Origin: an uncultured Planctomycetia bacterium
GTDB taxonomy: Bacteria; Omnitrophota; Gorgyraeia; Tantalellales; Tantalellaceae
Direction of reading: 5' to 3'
Length of the DNA stretch: 64,000 nt
NCBI GenBank assembly: GCA_964421015.1
Contig: CAYQUS010000001.1
Span: forward strand, 428,726-492,725
Shown here one piece after another: positions 27,763 through 38,163 of the stretch (the stretch's first letter is position 1; each line of letters begins with the position of its first letter). Below the pieces are notes generated by a model. The model was given only the letters and a program-made list of their open reading frames with translations. It was not told the origin of the DNA and made no database searches. The translations under genes and the position numbers were made by a program.

Positions 27763-28779
27763 TCACAAAACCCGCTTTTCTTTCTTTTTTCTGTCCCCGA
27801 TAAAAGGTTCTATGGCCAAAAGCGCCAGAGCCGCCGCCAGCGGGAACTGAAACCTTTCCGTATACCTTTTTTCCTTTTCGGACTTGAATTCATGTTTCTG
27901 CAGTTTTGAAAGCTCCTCCTGATAGATAAGATCAAGCCCGAACTGGGCGCCCGTGGCCCTTACGTACATTCCTCCCGTTTCCATGGATATCCTCTCAAGC
28001 ATGGATTCGTTGAGCCTTGTCCTTACCACATTCCCCTCGGCATCCTTTAGAAACCCTTTTTTTCCCTTATCCCCGGGAATGGGTATGAGCTCCCCTTCGG
28101 GAGAACCTATCCCCAGGCAGAATATCCTCACCTTTTTAGCCTTTGCCTGGGCTATAACAGCGTCTATGCCCCCCTCATGATCCTCGCCGTCGCTTACCAC
28201 TATAAGTATCTTCTCGTCTCCCGCAGTACCCTCGAAAGTCTCTATGGCCTTACGTATCGCGTTGGATATGGATGTCCCCCCTATGGGGATCGAGACAACA
28301 TCCACGTCGTCAAGAGCCAGCATAAAACCGTTATAATCCAGAGTGAGAGGGCATTGCAGGAACGCCGTGCCGCTGAAAGCTATAAGCCCTATCCTGTCTC
28401 CCTTTAGTTTCCTCACCAGATCCTTTATCGCCATCTTTGACCGTTCTATCCTGTTCGGTTTTATGTCTTCCGCAAGCATACTGTTAGATACATCAAGCGC
28501 CACGACTATGTCCAGCCCCATCTTTTTTACTTCCTGCCACTGGAAACCCCACTGTGGTCTCATAAGTCCCAGTATCATAAGGGCCAGCGCCGCCGTCAAT
28601 ACCGCGCCGCGCAGTTTTATCCTCCCGTCGCCTGAAGACGAGGATATCTCCGCCAGTATGGGTTCCGAAGCGAATTTTTTAAGAGCGCGTCTTCTGGCCG
28701 ACAAAGAAAAATGAAGGAACACGACAAGGGCCGGTACGAGCCATAAAAAAACCGCGAGGGCCGGATAACCGAATCTCAT
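27763..28779 (-). CDS. VWA domain protein BatB-like
   Basis: N-terminal TM helices then vWA domain with MIDAS motif (DVSNSM). Confidence 0.7.
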   Translation of the reverse strand: MRFGYPALAVFLWLVPALVVFLHFSLSARRRALKKFASEPILAEISSSSGDGRIKLRGAVLTAALALMILGLMRPQWGFQWQEVKKMGLDIVVALDVSNSMLAEDIKPNRIERSKMAIKDLVRKLKGDRIGLIAFSGTAFLQCPLTLDYNGFMLALDDVDVVSIPIGGTSISNAIRKAIETFEGTAGDEKILIVVSDGEDHEGGIDAVIAQAKAKKVRIFCLGIGSPEGELIPIPGDKGKKGFLKDAEGNVVRTRLNESMLERISMETGGMYVRATGAQFGLDLIYQEELSKLQKHEFKSEKEKRYTERFQFPLAAALALLAIEPFIGDRKKKEKRVL

Positions 28780-29786
28780 CAGGGTATCCTCCTTAGAACA
28801 GTGTTGGCCAGAACTATCTCAAGAAGCAGTATCAGGATTCCCGGGACCAGAAAATAGAAGAAAAGTTCCTTGTAGATGTTGTAGCCGGTTTCCTCTATCG
28901 GGGTCCTCTCCAGCCTGTCTATCTCGTTGTATATCCTCTCGAGAGACTCTGTGTCGTCACCGCTGAAGTAAACTCCTCCCGTGGTATCCGCTATCTCCTT
29001 CATCAGTTTTTCGTCTATAGATATCTCTACCGGCTGGAGCACCACGTTACCGAACATATCCTTGAAAGGGTATGGTGCCATTCCCTTTGTTCCCATGGCG
29101 ATAGTGTGTATGGTCACCTTCATGGCCTTGGCGGTCTGGGCGGCCACAAGAGGCGATATCCTCCCGGCGTTGTTGCGCCCGTCAGTGAGAAGTATTATGA
29201 CCTTCTCCTTGGAGGCGGTACCCTTAAGCCTGTTAAGCGAGGCTATTATCGCCGTTCCTACGGCCGTTCCGTCCTCTACCATCCCTATCTCCACCCTGTC
29301 AAGATTGCTTTCGAGCCAGTCATGATCGAGCGTTAGAGGGCAGGCGGTATATGCTACCCCGGCGAATGCCACAAGGGCCATCCGGTCGGAAACGCGTTTA
29401 CGTATGAAACTTTTCACCACATGTTTAAGAGCCTCAAGCCTGTCCACCCTTCTTCCCTTAAGCTCAAAGTCCATGGCTTTCATGCTTGTTGAAACGTCTA
29501 CCGCCAGCACTATGTCTATTCCTTCCACATGACGTTTGGTTTCCTCGAGCATGGACTGCGGCCTGGCCAGCGCCAGTATCAGAAGTAAAAGCGCCATAGC
29601 CCTGGCGTAAATGAGCTTATCCCTCATCCTTACTCTCCAGGAGGGACGTATCCCGGAAATAAGGTCCTTATTGGAAAACCGTATGGAGCTTGCGTAAAAA
29701 GGCTCCAGTTTCCTGAACGCCGCTATAAAAAGCGGTATAAAAAGCGCCGCTATGAGGACAAGGGGTTCGGCAAAACGCAGGCTCAT
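28779..29786 (-). CDS. VWA domain protein BatA-like
   Basis: TM helices plus vWA domain with MIDAS motif (DVSTSM). Confidence 0.7.
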   Translation of the reverse strand: MSLRFAEPLVLIAALFIPLFIAAFRKLEPFYASSIRFSNKDLISGIRPSWRVRMRDKLIYARAMALLLLILALARPQSMLEETKRHVEGIDIVLAVDVSTSMKAMDFELKGRRVDRLEALKHVVKSFIRKRVSDRMALVAFAGVAYTACPLTLDHDWLESNLDRVEIGMVEDGTAVGTAIIASLNRLKGTASKEKVIILLTDGRNNAGRISPLVAAQTAKAMKVTIHTIAMGTKGMAPYPFKDMFGNVVLQPVEISIDEKLMKEIADTTGGVYFSGDDTESLERIYNEIDRLERTPIEETGYNIYKELFFYFLVPGILILLLEIVLANTVLRRIP

Positions 29787-30757
29787 TGATCCTCCCCTTC
29801 TTCTTCCGGACGGGTCTGATCCACCAGTCTTTCCGCAGAACTGAAACTGTCCAGCGCCTCAAGCGGAGTAGGGCCGTATTTGGCGAATTTCACCATATCG
29901 CACTGGGAAAGAAAATCCCTGAGAAGCTGTTTGTGCTCAGTTTTCAGTTTCGGGGACCCTCTGAGGCTGTCAAGAAACTCCTCGGTGGTCATCTCCGGCG
30001 CCCTGAAGGAAAACCTGTCCTCCAGATAGTAACGCACTATTTCCGAAAGCCTTATGTAATACTCCTTTATAAAACCCTTTTCCGCCAGGCGCATGGCTTT
30101 AAGTTCCGCCAGTTTCTCATAAGCCACCTCATGGGCCGGCTTGGGCTTGGCTCCTGCCGAAAGGGCTTTCTTCCCTTTTATCGCGAGCCACACGAGCGCG
30201 GATACAAGCGCCGCGAAAGAAAAAAAAGTGATCAGGAAGTACAGTATCCTGCTGGAACGGCTGAAAACACCTCTTATGTCCTTTATATCGTCAGAGGATC
30301 CATCAAGAAGACTCGCCACTTCCACCGGGACCTGAGCGCTGAGAACGCTTTTCCATTCGGTTTCGTTTTTAGCCCTGTAAAGCACCTTGATCGGAGGAAT
30401 AACGTGAGTCCCGCTCTTGTATATGCTGAATACGTATTCCCGGCCTTCCCTGGAACGGCCGGCAAAACCGCGCCTGAAACTTTTTGAGGATATAAAAGAA
30501 AATTCACCGGCATCTTCCGGCGTTTCCGGAAAGATCAACTCCAGGTCCTTATTGGCCGCGGCCGAAACCGCTATCGTTATCCTGTCGCCTATTCGGGACT
30601 CCGCGTTACCGGGTTCTGTTCTTAATTCCGGCACCCCGGCCGCCGCTCCCGGGCATACTGAAGGCAAAATGACGAAAGCGGCAAAAACCGCGGCGAGAAG
30701 AAAAATCCGCGGTTGCCTGATAAGAGAGCAAATACTTGTTCCTCTGTTGCCTTCCAA
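29783..30757 (-). CDS. DUF4381-like membrane protein with extended periplasmic N-terminal domain
   Basis: Signal peptide, ~170-aa ectodomain, TM, then a cytoplasmic region in the DUF4381 position of the Bat operon. Confidence 0.4.
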   Translation of the reverse strand: MEGNRGTSICSLIRQPRIFLLAAVFAAFVILPSVCPGAAAGVPELRTEPGNAESRIGDRITIAVSAAANKDLELIFPETPEDAGEFSFISSKSFRRGFAGRSREGREYVFSIYKSGTHVIPPIKVLYRAKNETEWKSVLSAQVPVEVASLLDGSSDDIKDIRGVFSRSSRILYFLITFFSFAALVSALVWLAIKGKKALSAGAKPKPAHEVAYEKLAELKAMRLAEKGFIKEYYIRLSEIVRYYLEDRFSFRAPEMTTEEFLDSLRGSPKLKTEHKQLLRDFLSQCDMVKFAKYGPTPLEALDSFSSAERLVDQTRPEEEGEDQ

Positions 30758-30762
30758 AGATC

Positions 30763-31647
30763 CTACCTCGCCGTTATGCGTTTTCTTCGCTTCTTGAAAA
30801 ACCTTATAAGAGGTTCCACGTAAGACGTATCCGTGCGGAGCTCTATACTGTCAACTCCGGCCTCCTTGAAAATGTCAGACCTTTTTTTTATGAACTCTTC
30901 CGCTGCCTTGCCGTATAGCCCGGAAGCCTGCGATGAGGATGTGTCGACGGTGAAGAACGTTCCCGTTTCGGCGTCGCGAAACCTTACCATCCCCGAAGAC
31001 GGCAGTTTTATCTCCGAAGGATCAGTGACCGCCACGGCTATTACGTCGTGCCTTTTGTTGGTTATGGCAAGCGTCCTCGCGTAATCTTCGTCTATAAAGT
31101 CAGAAACAAGAAAGGTTATGGTGCGTCGTGTAGAGACCCTGTTAAGATGCTCAAGCACTTTCTTTATGTTCGTGCCAGTACCCTCGGGCTCGTTGTAAAG
31201 CCCCTCTCTTATGACCCTTAGCACATGACGCAGGCCCTTTCTTGGCGGGATAAAACGTTCTATCCTGTCGGTGAAAGTTATCATTCCCACTTTATCGTTA
31301 TTCTTCGTGGCAGAAAAGGCTATTACAGAACAGAATTCGGCCGCGAGCTCGCTTTTAAGGCTGCCGGCCGTACCGTATTTTTTCGACATGGAAACATCGA
31401 GCAGTATCATGATGGTGAGCTCCCTCTCTTCCACGAATTTCTTGACGAAAGGGTGTCCCATTCTCGCCGTGACGTTCCAGTCGATGGACCGTATCTCGTC
31501 TCCGGGGTTATAGTTCCTCACCTCGTCGAACTCCATACCAGCGCCTTTGAACACGCTCTGATACTTCCCGGCGAACACGTCGGTTACCTTGCGGGAAGTG
31601 GTTATCTGTATGCGTCTTATCTTTCTTATGACTTCTTTGGGTATCAT
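30763..31647 (-). CDS. DUF58 domain protein (MoxR-partner, vWA-like)
   Basis: DWNVTARMGHPFVKKFVEERELTIMILLDVSMS is characteristic of DUF58. Confidence 0.75.
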   Translation of the reverse strand: MIPKEVIRKIRRIQITTSRKVTDVFAGKYQSVFKGAGMEFDEVRNYNPGDEIRSIDWNVTARMGHPFVKKFVEERELTIMILLDVSMSKKYGTAGSLKSELAAEFCSVIAFSATKNNDKVGMITFTDRIERFIPPRKGLRHVLRVIREGLYNEPEGTGTNIKKVLEHLNRVSTRRTITFLVSDFIDEDYARTLAITNKRHDVIAVAVTDPSEIKLPSSGMVRFRDAETGTFFTVDTSSSQASGLYGKAAEEFIKKRSDIFKEAGVDSIELRTDTSYVEPLIRFFKKRRKRITAR

Positions 31648-31664
31648 GATCCATCTCCGTTATG

Positions 31665-32657
31665 TTACGGGACTTCTACTTCCTCGAATACCCTTTTGAC
31701 TATGTCCTCGGAGGTTTTATCTTCGGCTTCCGCCTCGTAGCTGGGGATGACCCTGTGCCGCAACACGTCCATACCAACGGACTTGACGTCCTGCGGGGTG
31801 ACATACCCCCTTCTTTTCAGAAAAGCGTAAGCTTTAGCGGCGACAGCCAGATAAATACTGGCCCTTGGGGAAGCTCCGTACTCTATAAGGCCGTTCAGGT
31901 CCTTTATCCCGTACGAGGCCGGCTCACGTGTGGCGAAAACTATGTCTATGATATACTTCTCTATTTTCTCGTCTATGTATATCTCGTTCACTATCTTTCT
32001 CGCGTCCATTATCCTCGAGGGATCCACCACGGCCTTTACGTCAAGTTTCTTATCGGTGACAGCCATGGAACGGAGTATCCTGAGCTCTTCTTCCCTGTTC
32101 GGGTAGCCTATGTTTATCTTGAGCATGAACCTGTCCACCTGTGCCTCCGGCAGAGGATAAGTACCCTCCTGTTCCACGGGGTTCTGCGTGGCGAGGACCA
32201 GGAACGGTTCGGGCAGTTTGAAAGTATTTTCGCCTATGGTCACCTGCCGTTCCTGCATGGCCTCCAGAAGCGCGCTTTGAACCTTGGCCGGAGCCCTGTT
32301 GATCTCGTCGGCGAGTATTATGTTGGAGAATATGGGCCCCTTCTTGGTCGTGAACGCTCCGTCCTTGGGATTATATACAAGGGTTCCCACAAGGTCGGCC
32401 GGCAGAAGGTCCGGTGTGAACTGGAGCCTCTGGAACCCGGTATTTATGGCGGCCGAGATCACCTTTACCGACATTGTCTTGGCAAGACCCGGAACACCCT
32501 CTATTAGAACGTGCCCGTTTGCAAGAAGACCTACGAGAAGACGCTCTATCAGATAGTCCTGGCCCACTATTACCTTGTGTATTTCAGAGATCAGATCTCC
32601 TACGAACGCGCTTTCACGCTGTACCTTTTCATTGATAGCGGTTATACCCTCGCCCAT
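31665..32657 (-). CDS. MoxR-family AAA+ ATPase
   Basis: VIVGQDYLIERLLVGLLANGHVLIEGVPGLAKT. Start chosen at the ATG at 32657 (MGEGITAIN) with an AAGGGGGGG RBS; the track start at 32738 is less likely. Confidence 0.8.
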   Translation of the reverse strand: MGEGITAINEKVQRESAFVGDLISEIHKVIVGQDYLIERLLVGLLANGHVLIEGVPGLAKTMSVKVISAAINTGFQRLQFTPDLLPADLVGTLVYNPKDGAFTTKKGPIFSNIILADEINRAPAKVQSALLEAMQERQVTIGENTFKLPEPFLVLATQNPVEQEGTYPLPEAQVDRFMLKINIGYPNREEELRILRSMAVTDKKLDVKAVVDPSRIMDARKIVNEIYIDEKIEKYIIDIVFATREPASYGIKDLNGLIEYGASPRASIYLAVAAKAYAFLKRRGYVTPQDVKSVGMDVLRHRVIPSYEAEAEDKTSEDIVKRVFEEVEVP

Positions 32658-32793
32658 ATCGTACCCCCCCTTATGATTTAACGTATTATACGTATGTGTC
32701 CTCTGGAGTAATATACAACAACGCCTCCAGGATTTCAAGACGGCGCCCCTGCACCCCGAACGCAGGCCTAAAAGCTTCTTTTCACAAAAGGGT

Positions 32794-34770
32794 TTACCTG
32801 GGAAAAAAACTTCTTATGTCCTCGATATCCCCGGTAATCTCGCATTTCGGAAGGTATTCCAGGAATTTCCTGCCGTATTCCTTAGTCCGTATCCTCGGGT
32901 CTAGAACGGCAAAAACCCCCCTGTCGGAATGGCTTCTTATCAGCCGCCCAAAACCCTGCTTGAACATTATCAGCGCCTGGGGGAGCTGGTATTCGGTGAA
33001 AGGGTTCCTCCCTGAATTTCTCATATCCCTTATACGCGCCGAATTTACGGGATCTGTGGGGACCCCGAACGGAAACCTTGTAACTATCACGCATTCCAGG
33101 GAACTTCCCGGGACATCTACCCCCTGCCAGAAAGTGGACGTACCCATAAGCATCCCGGTCCTGTTCTTCCTGAAAACATCCAGAAGGACATATCTTGGCA
33201 TATCGCCCTGTTTCAGAACGTATATGTCGGGACGATCCTCGGCTATGGAAGAAGCCACGGCGTTAAGCATCTCATAACTTGTGAAAAGGGCGAATATCCT
33301 CCCGCCCATTACGTCGTATATCCCGGTTATGTGCCTTACAAGATCGTTCTTGAACTCTGCCTTGTCTGTCACAGGATCGCTTATGTCGGGAGGTATGTAA
33401 AAAAGCACCTTTTCCCCGTAAAAGTAGGGAGAGTCGACCGCAACCTCAAGGGGATCGTCAAGCCCGATCCTTTCCTTAAAGAAGGTAAAATCGCCTTTTC
33501 TGGAAGAAGCCGAGATAGTGGCCGAGGTAAGAACTACCCTGGATATCCTCTCAAAGATATTCTCCCTCATATGGGAACTGATGTCTATGGGAGAAGCGTT
33601 GAAAGACACGTGACTGCCCGGCCTTGTTCCGCGTCCCGATGCCCAGAAAACATAACCTTCGGGCCTTATGCCGAAAATAAGGTCAGATGAGGCCGCCAGG
33701 CCGTCGGCTCTCTCCGCGTAAACCGCCGAAAGATCTGATATGTCAGTATCCCCGGTTTCTCCGCCAAGACCGATAAGTCTTGTCCTAAGCTCCGCAAGAG
33801 CGCCTTTTATGTCTCGGCAATCTATTTCGCCGGGGTCAAACTCCGCCGGAACCTCTTTGACTCCGCACGACACCGCCGCTTCCGAAAAAAACCTTTCGGA
33901 AACCGCCCTGAGCCGGGTTATACTTTCAGCCAGCCTGTCCAGCGCCTCTTTGTCCTTTCCGGTTTTAGAGAATTCCGCCGAAGCGAGTTTAAGAAGTTCT
34001 TCCGTCCGGGCCAATAAATGCGCCGCGGCGTAAGACGAAAATTCCGCTCCGAAATGGCCTGTGGCCACGTCTTCCAGAGTATGAGCCTCGTCTATGACAA
34101 GCCCGTCAAAGTCCGGAAGAACGTTGGCTCCTTTGCGTAAAGCCGAAAAAAGAAGAGCGTGATTGGTTATGAGTATGTGGGCGGAGGATTGTTCTTTTTT
34201 AGCGTTCATAAAAAAACAGCTCCCGTAATATCGGCAGCGTTTTCCCGAACACAGGTCCGCTTCCCTGCGGAACTTTTCCCAATACCGGGATTCCGGAACG
34301 AAATCCATATCGGTTACAAGGCCGGTCGGAGTGGTCTTGATCCACTGTATTATCCTGTCGAGACTACCGGAATGTCCCGTCCCCTGAAAAAGATCCTCTT
34401 TGCTCAACAGGTCCGCCCTTCTCAGGCAAACATAGTTTTCCGACCCCATGCACAGCGCATACCTGACCTCCCGACCGAGAATGTCCCTAAGAAGAGGCAG
34501 ATCCTTGACGAAAAGCTGGTTCTGCAGCGCTTTTGTATAGGTCGATACCACTACCTTTCGGTCGGCCTCAAGAGCCCAGTTCATGAACGGCACAAGATAA
34601 GCCATGCTTTTACCCACACCTGGGCCGGCCTCCGCCAGAAGAGGCTTGTCGGCCTCTATGGCTTCTTCCACCGCCATGGCCACATTGAGCTGTTCGGGCC
34701 TAAACTCGTAAAATTCGAGTTTTTCCGAAAGGATACCGTTTTCGCTGAAAAATTCTTTGGCTGAGAGCAT
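32794..34770 (-). CDS. DinG/Rad3-family ATP-dependent DNA helicase (Fe-S)
   Basis: Walker A GPGVGKS, DEAH box VIDEAHTLED, Cys-rich insertion; 658 aa. Confidence 0.75.
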   Translation of the reverse strand: MLSAKEFFSENGILSEKLEFYEFRPEQLNVAMAVEEAIEADKPLLAEAGPGVGKSMAYLVPFMNWALEADRKVVVSTYTKALQNQLFVKDLPLLRDILGREVRYALCMGSENYVCLRRADLLSKEDLFQGTGHSGSLDRIIQWIKTTPTGLVTDMDFVPESRYWEKFRREADLCSGKRCRYYGSCFFMNAKKEQSSAHILITNHALLFSALRKGANVLPDFDGLVIDEAHTLEDVATGHFGAEFSSYAAAHLLARTEELLKLASAEFSKTGKDKEALDRLAESITRLRAVSERFFSEAAVSCGVKEVPAEFDPGEIDCRDIKGALAELRTRLIGLGGETGDTDISDLSAVYAERADGLAASSDLIFGIRPEGYVFWASGRGTRPGSHVSFNASPIDISSHMRENIFERISRVVLTSATISASSRKGDFTFFKERIGLDDPLEVAVDSPYFYGEKVLFYIPPDISDPVTDKAEFKNDLVRHITGIYDVMGGRIFALFTSYEMLNAVASSIAEDRPDIYVLKQGDMPRYVLLDVFRKNRTGMLMGTSTFWQGVDVPGSSLECVIVTRFPFGVPTDPVNSARIRDMRNSGRNPFTEYQLPQALIMFKQGFGRLIRSHSDRGVFAVLDPRIRTKEYGRKFLEYLPKCEITGDIEDIRSFFPR

Positions 34771-34914
34771 GGTTTAGATATCGCGGTCTTTTGTTAGGGC
34801 CCGGTCACAATTTCATCCGGCCTTGGTCTTTAATGGACGATCCCGGCGTTTTGGCGGGTCCCATGATTATACACTTATGCCCGAAAGGTTTACAAGATAT
34901 GTTTGGAAGTTATA

Positions 34915-35634
34915 TCAAAAGATTAATAACGTCCCGGCATCGTAAAGGGGGAGGTCTTTCATGCGCTCGTAACCTTTTGAATGGCGGGCTATAAAAGCGT
35001 TGATCGCTCCGCCGTCGGGATGGGACTCCGGGTCGCCCAGCATTACTATTTCTCCTCCGGGAGACATTCCGCCCGTACCTCCTATAAACCCGTACCTCTC
35101 TCCGGGAAGTTCGATATGCCCCGGCGTTATCTCCAAAACATCCAGCCCCGACCTTCTTCCGGCGGCGGCGAGGCTGGCGTCAGACGTTATAAAAGCTTCT
35201 TCACCCGCGCGAAACACCGAACACCTGGAATACCCCTGGGAAACATGCTCCGCGATAAGTCCCCTGTCTTTTATAGCCTTCATAACGGAAAGATCGGCGC
35301 AGCCGGTATTAAGAAAAACCCTGTTCCTCACGCGCGCGGCATTATACAGCGCCGTGGAAGGATATTTTTTCCCGGGGGACCTCTCCCCCGGTATCATTTT
35401 TATTCCCAGTAAAGTCAGTTCTTCGATGATATTAACGGGTATCCCCGGGGAATACAGAAGGGTGTCCGCGTCAACCTGAAAAAAGTATATGTCGGGATGG
35501 CAGGAAATAGATCCGTATACCTCTGTGTCCAAAGGCTCGAACGGTATAAGAACCGAATGGGGAAAAATATCCTGAAGACATTTTTTGTAAGCGTCAGGAA
35601 GTCTCGCGTCGTGTAAAACCCCTTTAGCCCGCAC
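34915..35634 (-). CDS. Conserved hypothetical protein (no family confidently recognised)
   Basis: 239 aa, start codon overlaps the stop of the upstream radical SAM by 11 nt; motifs HPDIYFF, GFIGGTGG. Confidence 0.4.
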   Translation of the reverse strand: MRAKGVLHDARLPDAYKKCLQDIFPHSVLIPFEPLDTEVYGSISCHPDIYFFQVDADTLLYSPGIPVNIIEELTLLGIKMIPGERSPGKKYPSTALYNAARVRNRVFLNTGCADLSVMKAIKDRGLIAEHVSQGYSRCSVFRAGEEAFITSDASLAAAGRRSGLDVLEITPGHIELPGERYGFIGGTGGMSPGGEIVMLGDPESHPDGGAINAFIARHSKGYERMKDLPLYDAGTLLIF

Positions 35635-36463
35635 TTTCAGCCGCCTTCTTCGCCTTTTCCCTGGCGAAATGCCCGAAAGCGGGATGAAACGGCCCCGCCA
35701 GTAACTGCCCGCCCGAAAGAAGCCCCTCCGAAGCGTGAAGCCCGCATCTAATTACTTTTACCCCGGCCTCTTCGAGAAAACAAATGAGCCGCGCCGCCCT
35801 ATCAAGGGCCTCGTCCATGCCAAGAGGCTCGTATTCCCCCCTTTTCCACATGGCCGCAAGCTCCGTGCCTTTAACGACTACAACAGGATATATTCTTGCC
35901 TCGGTGGCCCCCAGATCAACCGCTTTACGCGCGGTCAAGAGCTCCTTCTCATATGTGCTGCGCTGAAGCCCCAGCATTATCTGATGCGTAAGGGCCAACC
36001 CGCTTCGGATTATTAGGCGCGACGAAAATTCCACATCTTCCGGGGAATGCCCCCTGCGGGCAGCCTCAAGAACATCCCCGTCCATCGATTGTACACCAAG
36101 TTCCACCCGCGTCACTCCCCCGGAAAGAAGTATGTCGAGCTTTTCCCCGTCTATGAGGTCCGGCCGAGTTGAAAGCCTTATCCCCTTTATCTTCCCTGAC
36201 CTCATGAACTCCCCCGCCGAAGCGAGCAGAGATCTCTGCTCGGCATAAGGTATCCCGGTAAAACTCCCTCCGAAAAACCCCACCTCTACATGGGACGACT
36301 CCCACGGTATAGTCGCAAGATAAGTCTTTATCTTCGCGGCTACCTCTTCGGGGGAAGTACCCTCTGCCGCGTTTTCCCCCGTTATGCTCCTCTGATCGCA
36401 GAAAACGCACTTGTGGGGACAACCCCTGTGGGGTATAAAAAAAGGTATTGTGTAATGTTTCAT
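35624..36463 (-). CDS. Radical SAM protein (Elp3-like N-terminal core)
   Basis: FFIPHRGCPHKCVFCDQ CxxxCxxC motif near the N-terminus; 279 aa. Confidence 0.65.
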   Translation of the reverse strand: MKHYTIPFFIPHRGCPHKCVFCDQRSITGENAAEGTSPEEVAAKIKTYLATIPWESSHVEVGFFGGSFTGIPYAEQRSLLASAGEFMRSGKIKGIRLSTRPDLIDGEKLDILLSGGVTRVELGVQSMDGDVLEAARRGHSPEDVEFSSRLIIRSGLALTHQIMLGLQRSTYEKELLTARKAVDLGATEARIYPVVVVKGTELAAMWKRGEYEPLGMDEALDRAARLICFLEEAGVKVIRCGLHASEGLLSGGQLLAGPFHPAFGHFAREKAKKAAESAG

Positions 36464-37062
36464 TTCTCCGGCTGACCGCTCATATGATCCGATATCTCAA
36501 GGCCCAAGTCCCTAAAAAGCTCGGCTAGCCGTCTCATCGGCAAGCCCAGTATGTTGAAGTAAGATCCGCGTATATCGTCGAATATTACGGACCCGGCTCC
36601 TTCTATGGAAAAACCCCCGGCTTTGTCATGCGGGCCCAGTAGTTTAAAATATCTTTCTATCTCTTCTTCGCTTATTTTTTTCACAAGAACGTCGCTCTTT
36701 TCTATTCCGCAGGATATCTTTCCGGTAACGCCGTCAATTACGCAAAGACCGGTGTAAACCTCTATTGTGTTTCCGGAAAATCTTTTCAGAAGCTCTCTGG
36801 CTTCCTCGTATCCGGCAGGTTTTCCTATCACGGCATCATCGTGAAAAACAAGGGTATCAGCGCCTATGACCACGGCGTCAGGGTTTTTCAGTGCCACTGC
36901 CTCGGCTTTCTTGAGAGCGTGATGCGCGACTATGTCCCAGACCTTCTCTCCGGAGAAATGGTCCTCGGGATATCCGCTCACCTCGACAGTATGGGCTATC
37001 CCGCATTCGGAAAGTATCCTGGACCTTCTTACCGACGCGGAAGCCAGAACGATTTTTCTCAT
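36460..37062 (-). CDS. maf: Maf-like nucleoside triphosphate pyrophosphatase
   Basis: ASASVRRSRIL...VIGADT motifs; 200 aa. Confidence 0.8.
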   Translation of the reverse strand: MRKIVLASASVRRSRILSECGIAHTVEVSGYPEDHFSGEKVWDIVAHHALKKAEAVALKNPDAVVIGADTLVFHDDAVIGKPAGYEEARELLKRFSGNTIEVYTGLCVIDGVTGKISCGIEKSDVLVKKISEEEIERYFKLLGPHDKAGGFSIEGAGSVIFDDIRGSYFNILGLPMRRLAELFRDLGLEISDHMSGQPEK

Positions 37063-37110
37063 AAGTATTTTCCTTTTTTGTTTAACACTCCGGCTTTTAC
37101 CCTAGAAACT

Positions 37111-38163
37111 CTATATGGTCAGCCTTCTTCCGTCCAGCCCTATATTAAGCAGAAATCCGTTAAAAGAAACGGAATCTTTAACAGCGCGGTAAGCTTCCAT
37201 CACGGAGTTGAGGTTTTTGTATTTTTTTAGATACCACGTGACATGCTTGTACATCCTTTTGACCGCCAGAACCTTACCGTACCTTTCCTCGGCCATGAGA
37301 AAATGTTCGGCCATAACTTCCTTGATGCGCTGAAGTCCCGGTTCCTCGGCCGGATCCTCCCCGTTCAAGGCCCTGGAAATATCATCGAATATCCATGGTC
37401 TTGAAAGAGCTCCCCTCGCGACGAACACCCCGTCGCACCCCGTGGTGTTCATAACATCCATAGCGTCGGAAACAGAAAATATATTGCCGCTGGCGAAAAC
37501 AGGTATACTTACCGCCTGTTTTACCTCAAGAGTGGGCGTATGGGAAATGCTGTTCCCCCTGTACATCTGGGTCCTTGTCCTGGGATGCACGCATATGGCG
37601 CTTGCGCCTTCGGATTCGGCTATCCTGGCGACTTCGAGATAATTGACGCTCTCATCGTCCCACCCTGACCTTATCTTCACGGTTATCCGGGCCTTGACAT
37701 GCGACGTAAGTAGACCTATTATCCTGCCGAGGCTCCTTGGATCCCTGAGCAGAGCCGATCCCTTCCCCCCTTTAACGACTTTTTTCGCGGGGCATCCCGC
37801 GTTTATGTCTATGACACCGAACCCTTTATCCTCGCACACCCTGGCCGCCTCGAGCAGTTTTTTCTCATCTTCTCCCACTATCTGGGCCCCAAGCGGAAAA
37901 TCCCCCGGCACCATATCCAGATACTTCATCGTTTTCAGATTTCTATACGCTATCCCGCTTACATCCACCATTTCCGTGAAAGCGAAGCGGCATGAGAACT
38001 TTCGGCATATCATGCGGAAAGGGATGTCCGTGACCCCGGCCATGGGAGAAAGAACGGCTCTTGCCTTCACCATCGCCTCAACGCCGTTCCCGCTCGCCGT
38101 GGACTCCGAAGTGCCGCCGTTCTCCCGGACAGACGTTATTTTCCCGCGTTCCGCCATCTTCAC
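37111..38163 (-). CDS. dusB: tRNA-dihydrouridine synthase
   Basis: LSPMAGVTD, catalytic Cys in DINAGCPAKKV, TIM-barrel Dus fold; the N-terminal ~30 aa may be an over-extension. Confidence 0.8.
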   Translation of the reverse strand: MKMAERGKITSVRENGGTSESTASGNGVEAMVKARAVLSPMAGVTDIPFRMICRKFSCRFAFTEMVDVSGIAYRNLKTMKYLDMVPGDFPLGAQIVGEDEKKLLEAARVCEDKGFGVIDINAGCPAKKVVKGGKGSALLRDPRSLGRIIGLLTSHVKARITVKIRSGWDDESVNYLEVARIAESEGASAICVHPRTRTQMYRGNSISHTPTLEVKQAVSIPVFASGNIFSVSDAMDVMNTTGCDGVFVARGALSRPWIFDDISRALNGEDPAEEPGLQRIKEVMAEHFLMAEERYGKVLAVKRMYKHVTWYLKKYKNLNSVMEAYRAVKDSVSFNGFLLNIGLDGRRLTI

